DNA of 64,000 nucleotides from an uncultured Dehalococcoidia bacterium (GTDB taxonomy: Bacteria; Chloroflexota; Dehalococcoidia; Lucifugimonadales; UBA3495): NCBI GenBank assembly GCA_964502995.1, contig CAZCZB010000001.1, positions 45,854 to 109,853 on the forward strand. The letters run 5' to 3'. A program made the translations under genes and the position numbers. The notes under the pieces were generated by a model. It was not told the DNA's origin. It was given only the letters and a program-made list of their open reading frames with translations, and did no database searches. Position 1 is the stretch's first letter. Each line of letters opens with the position of its first letter. This document shows, piece by piece, positions 23,710 through 32,348 of this stretch.

Positions 23710-23977
23710 TCGATGTAATAACATAGCGTCGCATCGTGCCCCGCTTCCTCGGGTTGCGATGTAGGGCTGGTTCGTGTGTCCGCACGGGCCAGTCCACTTG
23801 CCCCAATCTTACAGGATAGGCCGGGGCAGGTAAAGGGGCCGACTGCTATGCTGGGAGCGCAAGACGCAATGGAACTGCGTGGCGACCACCCTGAAAGCCC
23901 GGGTGCTGGCCGGGCAGCAGCGGTTGAGATGGACGGGCGTTCCTCGTCCTTTGACACATCAGACTGGAGGTGAAACG

Positions 23978-24250
23978 ATGCCGTATCTGGTCGGTCTGGC
24001 CGTCGTGATTGCCGGGTTCCTGTTCTGGCTCTTATTCGTCAAGCGGAACAAACCCCGCCCCATGGGTTCCGATCTGACGGAGCTGCGCCAGGCGGAGAAC
24101 AAGGTCAAGGTGTCCGCTCCCATTCTGCGCAGAGACATCGACATCCTGGAACGATTTAGTTCCGAGGTGTTGCAAGAAGCCATTGAGCTGCGCCGCGCCC
24201 AGATACTGCGGGGCGACCATCCCGACAGCCCGGGTGCCGGCCGGCCCTGA
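23978..24250 (+). CDS. small membrane-anchored protein (90 aa)
   Basis: Start at ATG 23978 after GGAGG (MPYLVGLAVVIAGFLFWLLFV = TM helix). An isolated plus-strand gene. Confidence 0.5.
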   Translation: MPYLVGLAVVIAGFLFWLLFVKRNKPRPMGSDLTELRQAENKVKVSAPILRRDIDILERFSSEVLQEAIELRRAQILRGDHPDSPGAGRP

Positions 24251-24268
24251 GACCTACTCGGCCACAGC

Positions 24269-25084
24269 TTATTCCGGGAACTGCCGCCAGAGTCGCCCGC
24301 CCAACTCCGCTCCGCCCTTGCCGTTGGCGGGCGGGTCGATCTCCTTCACCGTGGCGATGCTGTAACCCCGTTCCACCACCAGCGGGTGGTTGCCATACTG
24401 ACCCCACTGTTTCCCGAACACTGCGACGCCCAGATTCAAGCATTCCACGGTGATGCTGCTTGCCCATCCCGGAGCCATCGGACGCGCTCCGGCCCCGCTC
24501 TCACCGCCCCATATCAACCAGTCGGGGACGGTGTCGTGGTCCATCAGCGTCAACGGCCCCAACGCTGGCTCGTAGCTCACGAACTTCACCACGGCGGGGA
24601 TGCTGTCAAGGATCGGCCAGCGATGGTCGTAGCGCACTTGGTCCTCGGCGGAGATCCCGAGCCAGACGTTGGGCCAACCGTCGCCCCATTCCGGTAGGTC
24701 GAACGCGCTGGGCAGCATCCGTGTGATGTTCTCGGGTCGCTTGGTCAGCAGCAGCCAATCCAAATCAGGCGTCTGGTCGATCAGCTTCCACAGCCGATAC
24801 CGCGCTCCGCATGGCGCCTGGTTGTCGAACACATCGGCCAAGGACGCGCAGAACACCCTGTGGCGCTCGCCGGCCTCCGCCGCCTTCCGGTTCCAGGCCA
24901 ACGGCTTGCGCCAGTTGGTCTCGGAGGTGATCTGGCGCGGGGCTAGTGGCCCCCACTGGACCTTGCCGAACCGGTTAGCCCAAGTCTCGGCGTAACAGTT
25001 GGTGCATCCTGGGCTGACCGGCTGGCAACCGATCCAAGGGTTCATAGTATGGTGACACCATTCTATTTTGCTGTTCTCAGCCAT
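24269..25084 (-). CDS. phage Gp37/Gp68-family (DUF5131) protein
   Basis: Start at ATG 25084. MAENSKIEWCHHTMNPWIGCQPVSPGCTNCYAETWA is the family's signature N-terminus. Confidence 0.8.
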   Translation of the reverse strand: MAENSKIEWCHHTMNPWIGCQPVSPGCTNCYAETWANRFGKVQWGPLAPRQITSETNWRKPLAWNRKAAEAGERHRVFCASLADVFDNQAPCGARYRLWKLIDQTPDLDWLLLTKRPENITRMLPSAFDLPEWGDGWPNVWLGISAEDQVRYDHRWPILDSIPAVVKFVSYEPALGPLTLMDHDTVPDWLIWGGESGAGARPMAPGWASSITVECLNLGVAVFGKQWGQYGNHPLVVERGYSIATVKEIDPPANGKGGAELGGRLWRQFPE

Positions 25085-25358
25085 CGCTATCCTCCGCATA
25101 CAACAATCGCTTTGCGGCCAGCAACGACGCCTTCACGTCCCCCCGGACCGGCAACTCCTCAATGTTTTCCAGCGCCACTTCCAGGTAGCCCAGCAGTTGC
25201 AGTCCCGGCGTAAGGCTCAGGCAATCGGGGCAATCATAGCTCGATGGCATGAAAGTCAGCGTCCCGTTGGATGCTCCGCATACTGCGTCGCCCTGGCGGC
25301 GGCCGGACACCGCAAAGTCAACTATTCGATGTACAACTCTTGTCGTGTTTTCAACCAT
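25077..25358 (-). CDS. hypothetical protein
   Basis: 93-aa ORF with an 8-nt overlap with the downstream start. Confidence 0.5.
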   Translation of the reverse strand: MVENTTRVVHRIVDFAVSGRRQGDAVCGASNGTLTFMPSSYDCPDCLSLTPGLQLLGYLEVALENIEELPVRGDVKASLLAAKRLLYAEDSDG

Positions 25359-25361
25359 CTT

Positions 25362-25997
25362 CTACTCCGCAACCACCAGGTCCGGTTCCGGCTCGATGCT
25401 AACCGAGTGCCCACACAGCCGGCAATTCAGGACGGTTTCCCGCCGGTTCAGGGAGTCCGCCACGACCTGCTCCACGAGTTTCCCGCCACACCGTTTGCAT
25501 ACAGGCTTGGGAGGCGGCGGATCCGTTGGCTCAGCCGGCGGTTCTCTGCGGGAATACGTACCGTCGCCATTGCTCTCGAACTCCTTGTAGACGTACATCA
25601 ATTGACGCACCTGCTTCACGCAGCCGGCCAAATCCTCCGCGGCTTTTTCGTCCGTGGAATTCAGCAGGGCCAGGGCGACGGCGCGAACGTCCACGTTTCC
25701 GCGTTCTTGTACAACATGGCGCAGGGCCGATATGCGGTTCGGAGCATCGTTGATTATCGCCACCAACTCCGGGTCGGGGGTCTCCTCCACTTCATTCGTT
25801 GCTGCCCTGGAAACAGCCGGGGCGACGGCGGGAGACGGCTCAGGTGGGGCTTCAATCACCGACACGACGCTGCCGCCTCTCCGCAGAATGTCCACCGTGC
25901 GTTGCAGGGCATCGACCTCGGTTTCCAGCGAGGCGATGGAATCCAGCCGCGTCTTGATTTCCTGCTTCAACATTTCGACCATTTCATTGTTATCCAT
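25362..25997 (-). CDS. hypothetical coiled-coil protein with C-terminal zinc ribbon
   Basis: Start at ATG 25997 (MDNNEMVEMLKQ; RBS GGGAGA). C-terminus has CKRCGG...CRLCGH. Confidence 0.55.
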   Translation of the reverse strand: MDNNEMVEMLKQEIKTRLDSIASLETEVDALQRTVDILRRGGSVVSVIEAPPEPSPAVAPAVSRAATNEVEETPDPELVAIINDAPNRISALRHVVQERGNVDVRAVALALLNSTDEKAAEDLAGCVKQVRQLMYVYKEFESNGDGTYSRREPPAEPTDPPPPKPVCKRCGGKLVEQVVADSLNRRETVLNCRLCGHSVSIEPEPDLVVAE

Positions 25998-26271
25998 CGT
26001 TCTCCCTCGCACAAATCGCGCATACCAATTCGACTCCCCTCCCACCCTCGTTGTCCCGCCATTGCCGCCGTGCCAGGAACCCGCCGCAGTGCCCGCATTT
26101 GCCGTCCACTGGAACGGGGCGATGCACCATCCTCAAGTTGCTGCGGTCGAACCGGCGACGCAGATACGCCTTATGAGCGCAGGCTTCGGAACAATACAGC
26201 TTGGCCTGCCCTGGCCGCACCAACGGTTCAAACTCGTTGGGACATTCGGGCAGCAGGCACTTTTGCAACAT
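25990..26271 (-). CDS. small zinc-finger protein
   Basis: Start at ATG 26271 (MLQKCLLPECPNEF...). Several Cys pairs. The start choice is tentative. Confidence 0.45.
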   Translation of the reverse strand: MLQKCLLPECPNEFEPLVRPGQAKLYCSEACAHKAYLRRRFDRSNLRMVHRPVPVDGKCGHCGGFLARRQWRDNEGGRGVELVCAICARENDG

Positions 26272-26302
26272 GGCGGGTTCACCACTTCGCCACCAAGAGC
26301 GA

Positions 26303-26533
26303 CTACAACCCCATCTCGCGGATTGCCCGGTAGTCTGTGATGGCGTCCCGGATCTGTCCGTCAGATAGGTCCTCGGCAGTCCGTATGCCATCGTGAAGGA
26401 ACGTGTCCGCGATTTCATCGGCGATTTCATCGGCGTCGTTCCACCACTCCACGGCCTGCTCGTAGGTGCCGCCGTTCAACTGGACGTCACGGATGAACTC
26501 CAGGCGGCTTCGGGCGGTCTTGTTGTCTGCCAT
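26303..26533 (-). CDS. small acidic hypothetical protein
   Basis: 76-aa ORF. RBS GGUAAGGAG before ATG 26533. Confidence 0.55.
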   Translation of the reverse strand: MADNKTARSRLEFIRDVQLNGGTYEQAVEWWNDADEIADEIADTFLHDGIRTAEDLSDGQIRDAITDYRAIREMGL

Positions 26534-26728
26534 CAGAATGACTCCTTACCCTTGCAGCCACACGGGCACCAGTAGAGAGGCGCCGGCAGCAGCATGGCCA
26601 ATGGCGTGAGTTGCGTAATCAACTCAAACTCGATCTCTTCGTGGTCGAGGTGATCGACCGAGCTGTTCTGTTCCTCGGCCTGGGTCCCTGGAACCCGTAC
26701 ATGGTTTCGTTCATTGCGATGAAGCCGA

Positions 26729-27100
26729 TCATTGCGCTCTGACCTCCGTAGGCAGCGGCTCCACGCCTTCCGGCGCGTTGGCAATGGCCCAGGCCCGCCA
26801 GGCTTCCTGGTCGCGGAACGGCTCGCCGTCCACATCGGGCAGGTACTCATACTCGGCGCTGACGGACTGGACGCAGCGGCGGCCCCGTCCGTTCTTACCG
26901 GCGAGCATCACCGAAACGATGCCGCCGTCGTTCTTGACGCAGCGATAGACGTGGATCCTCTCGCTGCCTTTGGGGTAGTCCCCGAGCTGGTCGAGGACGT
27001 CGGTTTCGCCCGTCTTTTCGTCCACCACCGCCCGGAGGTGGTACGGGGCCCGGCGCACGGCGTAGGCGCCTTTGGCGGGGCCGTCTTTGAGAACCATCAT
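26729..27100 (-). CDS. hypothetical phage protein
   Basis: 123-aa ORF (MMVLKDGPAKGAYAVRRAPYHLRAV...). Confidence 0.6.
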   Translation of the reverse strand: MMVLKDGPAKGAYAVRRAPYHLRAVVDEKTGETDVLDQLGDYPKGSERIHVYRCVKNDGGIVSVMLAGKNGRGRRCVQSVSAEYEYLPDVDGEPFRDQEAWRAWAIANAPEGVEPLPTEVRAQ

Positions 27101-27104
27101 GGTG

Positions 27105-27422
27105 TTACTCCTCCTTCACAATGATGACTGGCTTGCCAGTAGCAGCCAGCATCCCAATGATCTCCTCGATAGTGGGCGGCTCTTTGCCCTCATACAATTC
27201 CGCTTTCAAGCCTTCCCAATTCAACCCTAGCTCGTGGTTGTACACTGGCCGGCCGAAAACATCCGCCAGTGATTCGAGAAGGATGTCCATGGGCATACAC
27301 ACCAATCCGTGAGAAAACTGAAAGTCAACACGTTCCCGGTGGGTCATGCCTTTCCAGCCTTCATGTTCGTAGAACTCTTTCGCTTGTTCAGGTGTAATCA
27401 TGGTCTGCTCCATATCATCCAC
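27105..27422 (-). CDS. hypothetical protein
   Basis: 105-aa ORF, tightly packed. Confidence 0.55.
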   Translation of the reverse strand: MDDMEQTMITPEQAKEFYEHEGWKGMTHRERVDFQFSHGLVCMPMDILLESLADVFGRPVYNHELGLNWEGLKAELYEGKEPPTIEEIIGMLAATGKPVIIVKEE

Positions 27423-27732
27423 TGAGCCTGTCGTCAGCGGTCGAATCCAAGCGTCCTCTACGACGCGCCCGATACCAGGTCCCGAGCAGCGGATCCGCCA
27501 GCTCCCATTTCCGATTTTGGTGCGACACGATCCCCTTGGCCTTCAGGCGGGTGAGCGCCATGCTTGCCTTGCGGGGTTCCAGCCTGGCCTCGCGGGCAAT
27601 CTCCGTCGCGCCGGCGGGAACGGGTAGCCTGGTCAGCGCCCCGATGACCTTTCGATGAGCCAGCGGAAGGCTGTCCATCAGGCGTTTGTACTTGGGGGTC
27701 ATTTCGTCGATCTGGTCCAGCGTTATCATCAT
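27415..27732 (-). CDS. winged-helix (MarR/ArsR-like) DNA-binding protein
   Basis: Start at ATGATG 27732 after AGGAGG. VIGALTRLPVPAGATEIAREARLEPRKASMALTRLKAKGIV is wHTH-like. Confidence 0.6.
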   Translation of the reverse strand: MMITLDQIDEMTPKYKRLMDSLPLAHRKVIGALTRLPVPAGATEIAREARLEPRKASMALTRLKAKGIVSHQNRKWELADPLLGTWYRARRRGRLDSTADDRLSG

Positions 27733-27748
27733 CGCCTCCTGACCTGTG

Positions 27749-27991
27749 TTACTCATCGCTCCCGTCGATAAATGGCGAAGTCCCAGACACGCAAACCGGC
27801 GGATGATGTCCCCAAACCTCCAGCCAGACAACTCCGGTTGCGAGGATTTCAGCGATTTCCTCGGCGGACAGCTCCCAGCACGAAATGTTCAAGCCAGTGG
27901 CATCGTCGCGCCAGGCCGGCAGGTCGGCGATGTCTCCCGGCCCGCCCCAGGTGATCGTGGCTTCGGGGAATGCCGTAGGTCGCGCCATCAT
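27749..27991 (-). CDS. hypothetical protein
   Basis: 80-aa ORF with a start/stop overlap with the neighbour. Confidence 0.5.
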   Translation of the reverse strand: MMARPTAFPEATITWGGPGDIADLPAWRDDATGLNISCWELSAEEIAEILATGVVWLEVWGHHPPVCVSGTSPFIDGSDE

Positions 27992-28311
27992 TCCCCCACC
28001 GTGAGAGTGAGCCGGTCGGTGAATTGTTTGATGATGCGCTCCGGGATCTCGTTGCTCCAGACGTTGCCTTCCGGCGACGGGATTTTGAGCGTGGTCTCAC
28101 CGGCCTCGGGGCGCAGTTCGGGGTTGTGCTTGTAGCAGACGAACTTACCGCACTTCCAGCCGTTTCCGTAGTCGCAGGTCAGGTACTGCTCCAGAACCTC
28201 GTGTCCACCGCCGGTCAGGATGATGGCATCGACGCCGGCCGACTCGACGGTGTGTTTGAGGTGGGCATACTTCTCGGCGGAAATGCGTCCGCTGGGTATT
28301 TCTTCGATCAT
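27988..28311 (-). CDS. hypothetical protein (107 aa)
   Basis: Start at ATG 28311, sharing one nt with the upstream UGA (UGAUG). Confidence 0.5.
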   Translation of the reverse strand: MIEEIPSGRISAEKYAHLKHTVESAGVDAIILTGGGHEVLEQYLTCDYGNGWKCGKFVCYKHNPELRPEAGETTLKIPSPEGNVWSNEIPERIIKQFTDRLTLTVGE

Positions 28312-28523
28312 CAAATGTCTCCCATTAGGATTTTGTGAATAACGTCCTTGGCAATATCCACTAAATCGGCGTGGCACTCCGGGCAGAGGTCGAAATCGTC
28401 CTCCTCTACCCGTCTCCATTCGGCGATTTCCTCTGGCACCTCGCGGTTCCCCACCGCATCGCAACGGTCACAATAGACAACCGCCGTTTCCAAGCCTGTA
28501 GCCGTGATCGTCGAATACATCAT
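28311..28523 (-). CDS. small zinc-ribbon protein
   Basis: 70 aa with CDRC...CPEC. Confidence 0.55.
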   Translation of the reverse strand: MMYSTITATGLETAVVYCDRCDAVGNREVPEEIAEWRRVEEDDFDLCPECHADLVDIAKDVIHKILMGDI

Positions 28524-28535
28524 TCACTCCCTTGT

Positions 28536-28856
28536 TCATGTTCCTTCGACTTTGGCGATGACGGCCTTGGCCTTCGCCAGTGCTTCCTCGGCGTCGTATG
28601 GAGCAGAGCCGGCGAGGTCATTGATCGACGAGATCAGACTGTCCAACTCGTCGGTGACGTGCAGCAGGGCCTCGAAGGTTTCCGGTGCGTTGCCGAGGAG
28701 CCGGCGGTTGGCCTGGGTGCGCCGGTCCGCCGCGGGAGTAGCCGGCATTTGCTGGAACACCCAGAGTACGAGGTTGCCGTCGGAGTCTTCAAATTTGGCG
28801 AAGTCCCCTAGTCGGTGCTTCCACGGTCCGGGACTGTATTTGTTCTCTTGGCTCAT
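28536..28856 (-). CDS. hypothetical protein, GPW...AAP-helix family paralog
   Basis: 106 aa with YSPGPWKH, LLGNAPETFEALL and a C-terminal AVIAKVEG. Paralogous to 29057..29383. Confidence 0.55.
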   Translation of the reverse strand: MSQENKYSPGPWKHRLGDFAKFEDSDGNLVLWVFQQMPATPAADRRTQANRRLLGNAPETFEALLHVTDELDSLISSINDLAGSAPYDAEEALAKAKAVIAKVEGT

Positions 28857-28862
28857 GTGTTT

Positions 28863-29060
28863 TCACCTTTTCTTTACCGGCCACACATTCTTCACCGCTT
28901 CCACGGCCTCTGCTATATCGCTGAGGGATGCGTTGGGATCCATGACAGTCATGACGACGTAGCAGTCCGAGCAACGCCAGGCTACCCACATCGGGCCGGA
29001 AATTTGGCCTTGAAAATCGTGCCATCCGAAATGGCAGAATATCCGACGCAGGTATCTCAC
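28863..29060 (-). CDS. small hypothetical protein (GTG start)
   Basis: 65-aa ORF. GTG 29060 overlaps the upstream UGA (GUGA). Confidence 0.45.
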   Translation of the reverse strand: MRYLRRIFCHFGWHDFQGQISGPMWVAWRCSDCYVVMTVMDPNASLSDIAEAVEAVKNVWPVKKR

Positions 29061-29383
29061 AATTCACCTCGAGCCTTTGCGATGGCAGCTTTGATCCGCT
29101 GCATTTCGGGCGATGATTGGTACTCCGCCCATCCGGCCTGCCCGTGGAAAAATCTGATGATGTCCACCGCCTCCTCCAATTCGTCCAGGAGGTCCGGCGC
29201 GGCGGAGATGAGGCACACATTGGCGCATGTAGTCTCCTGATCGAAGTCGCTATAGGCGTAATCAACGATGGTCAGGCCCGATGCCTTTTCCCAAATTTGG
29301 GGCTCGACGTTCTTGTCATCCCAACAATCAGGCAGGTTGCAAGTTGCGAGCCAGGGTCCCTGCGTGTGCTTTCTTTCGCTCAT
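29057..29383 (-). CDS. hypothetical protein, GPW...AAP-helix family paralog
   Basis: 108 aa with HTQGPWLA, LISAAPDLLDELEEA and a C-terminal AAIAKARGEL. Confidence 0.55.
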   Translation of the reverse strand: MSERKHTQGPWLATCNLPDCWDDKNVEPQIWEKASGLTIVDYAYSDFDQETTCANVCLISAAPDLLDELEEAVDIIRFFHGQAGWAEYQSSPEMQRIKAAIAKARGEL

Positions 29384-29700
29384 ACTTCTCCTTTGGCCTT
29401 GGCGATGACCCTGCGGGCGTTGTCGAGGACGGCGCGCCGAAGTTGAGACTCCGGCAAGCTCTCCAGCAGGTCGTCGAGGATGAGCACCATTTGCTCGCAG
29501 CCGAGGCGCACCTTGTGCTGGTTGTTTCGATAGTAGTCGCCCACGTATTCGATGTACTGATTCAGCCCTTCTAACGCGCTGCCTTCCAGGGCAATGCTGT
29601 TCAATACGGTAATGCCATTGCTGGTTTCCACGATCAGCGAGTGGCCATCGTGCCGGACGTAAACGCCGTCTCCGATGTATCGCGGGTTGGGTAGTCTCAT
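29380..29700 (-). CDS. hypothetical protein
   Basis: 106 aa. The C-terminal RRVIAKAKGEV encodes the SD for the next gene (AUGA overlap). Confidence 0.55.
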   Translation of the reverse strand: MRLPNPRYIGDGVYVRHDGHSLIVETSNGITVLNSIALEGSALEGLNQYIEYVGDYYRNNQHKVRLGCEQMVLILDDLLESLPESQLRRAVLDNARRVIAKAKGEV

Positions 29701-29731
29701 CTCTGTACGTTCTCCTTGTTCGGTCGTCGGA

Positions 29732-30772
29732 TCAGGGTCGTCGCAGCGACGACGTCCCTGCCTCGCCGTCGCCTATGGCCCGCTGCCACGCTTCGCGCAG
29801 GGCCGGGAGTTGGTCAGCGAACACACTCGGGTCTTGATGGGTCAACCAGTAAACGAAATCGTCACTGGCGTCCGATGCGTTTTGAGGTGGCGGCAGACCA
29901 TCACAATATGACTGCCACAGCAGCGCGAGGATGCGGTCAATTTGCCGGCGTTCCGCGCAGCGACGGCGACGCTCCCAGAACAGGTACACTCCATGATCCA
30001 GCCATTCCTCGAGGGCGTGGTCCAGCGGGTCGCCTTGGAAGCCCAGCACGTCGGAGCGGTATGCGTCGCGTCCGATGCGCAGACGGTCAAACACGGCGTC
30101 GGCAAGCCAGTCGCGGCAAGCCTTCAGGTCGGCCGGCTGCATGGACCGCCAGCCGTGAACCTGTTGGTATTCCAGATCATCGGGCGCCTTGGCCGGGGCG
30201 CCGGCATCCCCCAGACTCACCGGCTCGATGTTGTGCAGCCACCACCAGCCGTTGAGGTTGTTGATCAGCTCGGCCTTCACAACCATACCGGCCAGCCCAC
30301 GCACCATCGGCATCACCATTTCCGAGACCTCAGCTATAAATCCGTCGATGATCACCTTGCGATTACGTGGCTCGTTGCTCTCGATTCGCAGCACGCCGAC
30401 GACCACCTCGGGATACGGGAGCTGACGCCGGTCTTGAAGATCTTCTTGGCCATCGCCTTGCACCAGCTCGTGTTCAAGCGCCGCCCCCAGCGGTCCGTAG
30501 GCTTCCCTGGCAGTGGGTAGGTCCGCCCGCTCTGCGGATTCCTCCCGAACGCTGCCGATGCCCTCCGCATCGTCGGACTGGGTGATGCCGACGGTGGCGG
30601 CTACTTCGGCCTGGAGTTCCTGTTCCGCTATGGTTCCAAAATGCGGTGATGCCCTCCAGTCGGCGTCAACGTAGTCGCTGAGATACCAGAGGTGTGCATA
30701 TCGGCTCCACCACGCGGCGGGGTGCTCTCCCGGTCTTGGGTTGTGCATCATGTAGGCAGGTATCAATTTCAT
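29732..30772 (-). CDS. hypothetical protein (346 aa)
   Basis: Long ORF with consistent codon bias and no recognisable motif. Confidence 0.6.
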   Translation of the reverse strand: MKLIPAYMMHNPRPGEHPAAWWSRYAHLWYLSDYVDADWRASPHFGTIAEQELQAEVAATVGITQSDDAEGIGSVREESAERADLPTAREAYGPLGAALEHELVQGDGQEDLQDRRQLPYPEVVVGVLRIESNEPRNRKVIIDGFIAEVSEMVMPMVRGLAGMVVKAELINNLNGWWWLHNIEPVSLGDAGAPAKAPDDLEYQQVHGWRSMQPADLKACRDWLADAVFDRLRIGRDAYRSDVLGFQGDPLDHALEEWLDHGVYLFWERRRRCAERRQIDRILALLWQSYCDGLPPPQNASDASDDFVYWLTHQDPSVFADQLPALREAWQRAIGDGEAGTSSLRRP

Positions 30773-30779
30773 TCTCCTT

Positions 30780-31727
30780 TTAGTTCCAATCGGCCACGTC
30801 CCACCCTTTCGGGCAGGGACCGTAGCCGCCCAGGGCGCGGTACACGTCCTCGGCTTTCAGCATCTTCACGTCGCCGGCGATCCCGTCCAGGTAGTCGCGG
30901 ACGCGCAGCACGAACATCACGCCGGCGTCGTCGTTGTCGCCCATGACCAGCACTTCACGGTCTTTCAGCGGCCACCACGAGGTCGGCGCCGGCCCGCTCC
31001 CGCCCACCGGACAGGTGCAGGCGTACTGCGGCCACAGCTCGGCCGCGGCGTCCGTGGCCTTCTCGCCCTCGCAGATCAGCACCGTGGCGTCGGGCATGGC
31101 CAACAGTTCCGGCAACCGATACAGGGGCAGGATGGCGTCCTGGGTTCCGCCCAGCGCCCAGCGCCGGCCCGTCCAGGTAGCCCGACGCACTTCCTTGTCC
31201 GGGATGCCCTTTTTGTCGTTCCACGCCGGCCACCTGACCACCAGCAGGGCGATGCCGCCGTCCTTCGTGCGGTAGCGGTAGATCTCCGGCGCTCCGGTGG
31301 ACGAAATTTCCTGGTTCTCCGCCCAGAAGTCCAGTTCCTCTTTACGCGGCAACCGGGCGTCGGGCGGCGCGATCTTCAGGCGGTAGGTGGGCGGCGGGGT
31401 CTCCGGTACCGCCGGCGCCGTGGCGACGGAGCCGGTGCCACGGCTGAGCCAGTTGCTTGCCCTGAGCCACCGGATCGCGTCGCCGGCGTCGCAGCCCAGC
31501 CTGGCGGCCACCACGTCCACCACGTCGTGATAGACGCCCCCGTTGAACTCGTACCCATGCCCATCAGTGAGCGAGATCATGCAGGACTGGCCCGGTTCGC
31601 CCTGGAAGTTGCCGACCTGGAGCGTCTGCTTCCGTGAGTTGACCTTCCCAGTGGGATAGAGGCCCACCATCAACGCCCGCATGTCCGCGATCCGCTGGGA
31701 GATTGGGGGCCGTTTGTGCTGCGTCAT
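30780..31727 (-). CDS. Toprim-domain primase-like protein
   Basis: Start at ATG 31727 (AUGA overlap). VLICEGEKATDAA and VLVMGDNDDAG match the Toprim E...DxD motifs. Confidence 0.75.
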   Translation of the reverse strand: MTQHKRPPISQRIADMRALMVGLYPTGKVNSRKQTLQVGNFQGEPGQSCMISLTDGHGYEFNGGVYHDVVDVVAARLGCDAGDAIRWLRASNWLSRGTGSVATAPAVPETPPPTYRLKIAPPDARLPRKEELDFWAENQEISSTGAPEIYRYRTKDGGIALLVVRWPAWNDKKGIPDKEVRRATWTGRRWALGGTQDAILPLYRLPELLAMPDATVLICEGEKATDAAAELWPQYACTCPVGGSGPAPTSWWPLKDREVLVMGDNDDAGVMFVLRVRDYLDGIAGDVKMLKAEDVYRALGGYGPCPKGWDVADWN

Positions 31728-32092
31728 CGGCCTGCCCTCCCTGAGCGCAGCATGTGGCCCGCGCTCGGCATGGCCGCACATGCGCTACACATTGGCAGGT
31801 CCGGTGATTCCTTACGCCGGCTGCATTCGCAGAGCGACCGCTGATACTCCCGTGACTTGGCTCGGCAGGCTTCCAAGTTGCGATAGTAATAATCGCGCCA
31901 CCATTGCCGCCGCCGCTCCGATGGCAAGGAGTCTTGATATACCCTCGTGCGGCAGCTCGCCGAGCAGTAGATCTGCCGCATCCCCTTGACCTTGGGTGTG
32001 AAGGTGTTTTCGCAGCCATCGCGGGCGCACGTTCTAACCTCTGTCGTCATTACTGGACTCATGCCCTTCTCCGTTCGCATAGCGGGCCTCAC
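31724..32092 (-). CDS. zinc-finger protein
   Basis: 122-aa ORF with CARDGC...CSASC and further Cys pairs. The true start may be internal (MSPVMTTEV). Confidence 0.5.
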   Translation of the reverse strand: MRPAMRTEKGMSPVMTTEVRTCARDGCENTFTPKVKGMRQIYCSASCRTRVYQDSLPSERRRQWWRDYYYRNLEACRAKSREYQRSLCECSRRKESPDLPMCSACAAMPSAGHMLRSGRAGR

Positions 32093-32226
32093 AACGCCGC
32101 TTTGCTGCCCTTTTGATGCGTCTGTCGTTCGGCGTCGCCCGGATGCGCGAATCTCGGCGTCTCGGCTCCAATCGCCGAGACTCGGATTTTCGATTTCATG
32201 TCACCTGCCTGTCGTTCCCTGACCTG

Positions 32227-32344
32227 AAAATTGTCAAAATTGTCAATTTTCCAGTGCGTGTTATTCCAAATACCTATATTTCGTATTTCCTCGCGTACTA
32301 AATCTGTTAACACGCACCGACAATTTGACAATTTTGACAATTTC
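32227..32344. repeat. iteron/palindrome array: AAATTGTCA x2 - GTGCGTGTTA - 44-bp AT-rich core - TAACACGCAC - TGACAATTT x3 (origin-like)
   Basis: Two direct 9-10-bp repeats at 32227-32245. Three inverted copies at 32319-32344. A perfect 10-bp inverted repeat at 32254-32263 and 32308-32317. The region is markedly AT-rich and lies between the helicase-like and primase genes. Confidence 0.7.
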
Positions 32345-32348
32345 GGCG

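Noticed and set aside
32133-32185. Hairpin CTCGGC-tccaatc-GCCGAG followed by a T-rich stretch, considered as a plus-strand terminator.
   Set aside because: No plus-strand gene lies upstream of it. On the minus strand it lacks a U tract. It probably belongs to the 5' region of the zinc-finger/primase operon or is incidental.
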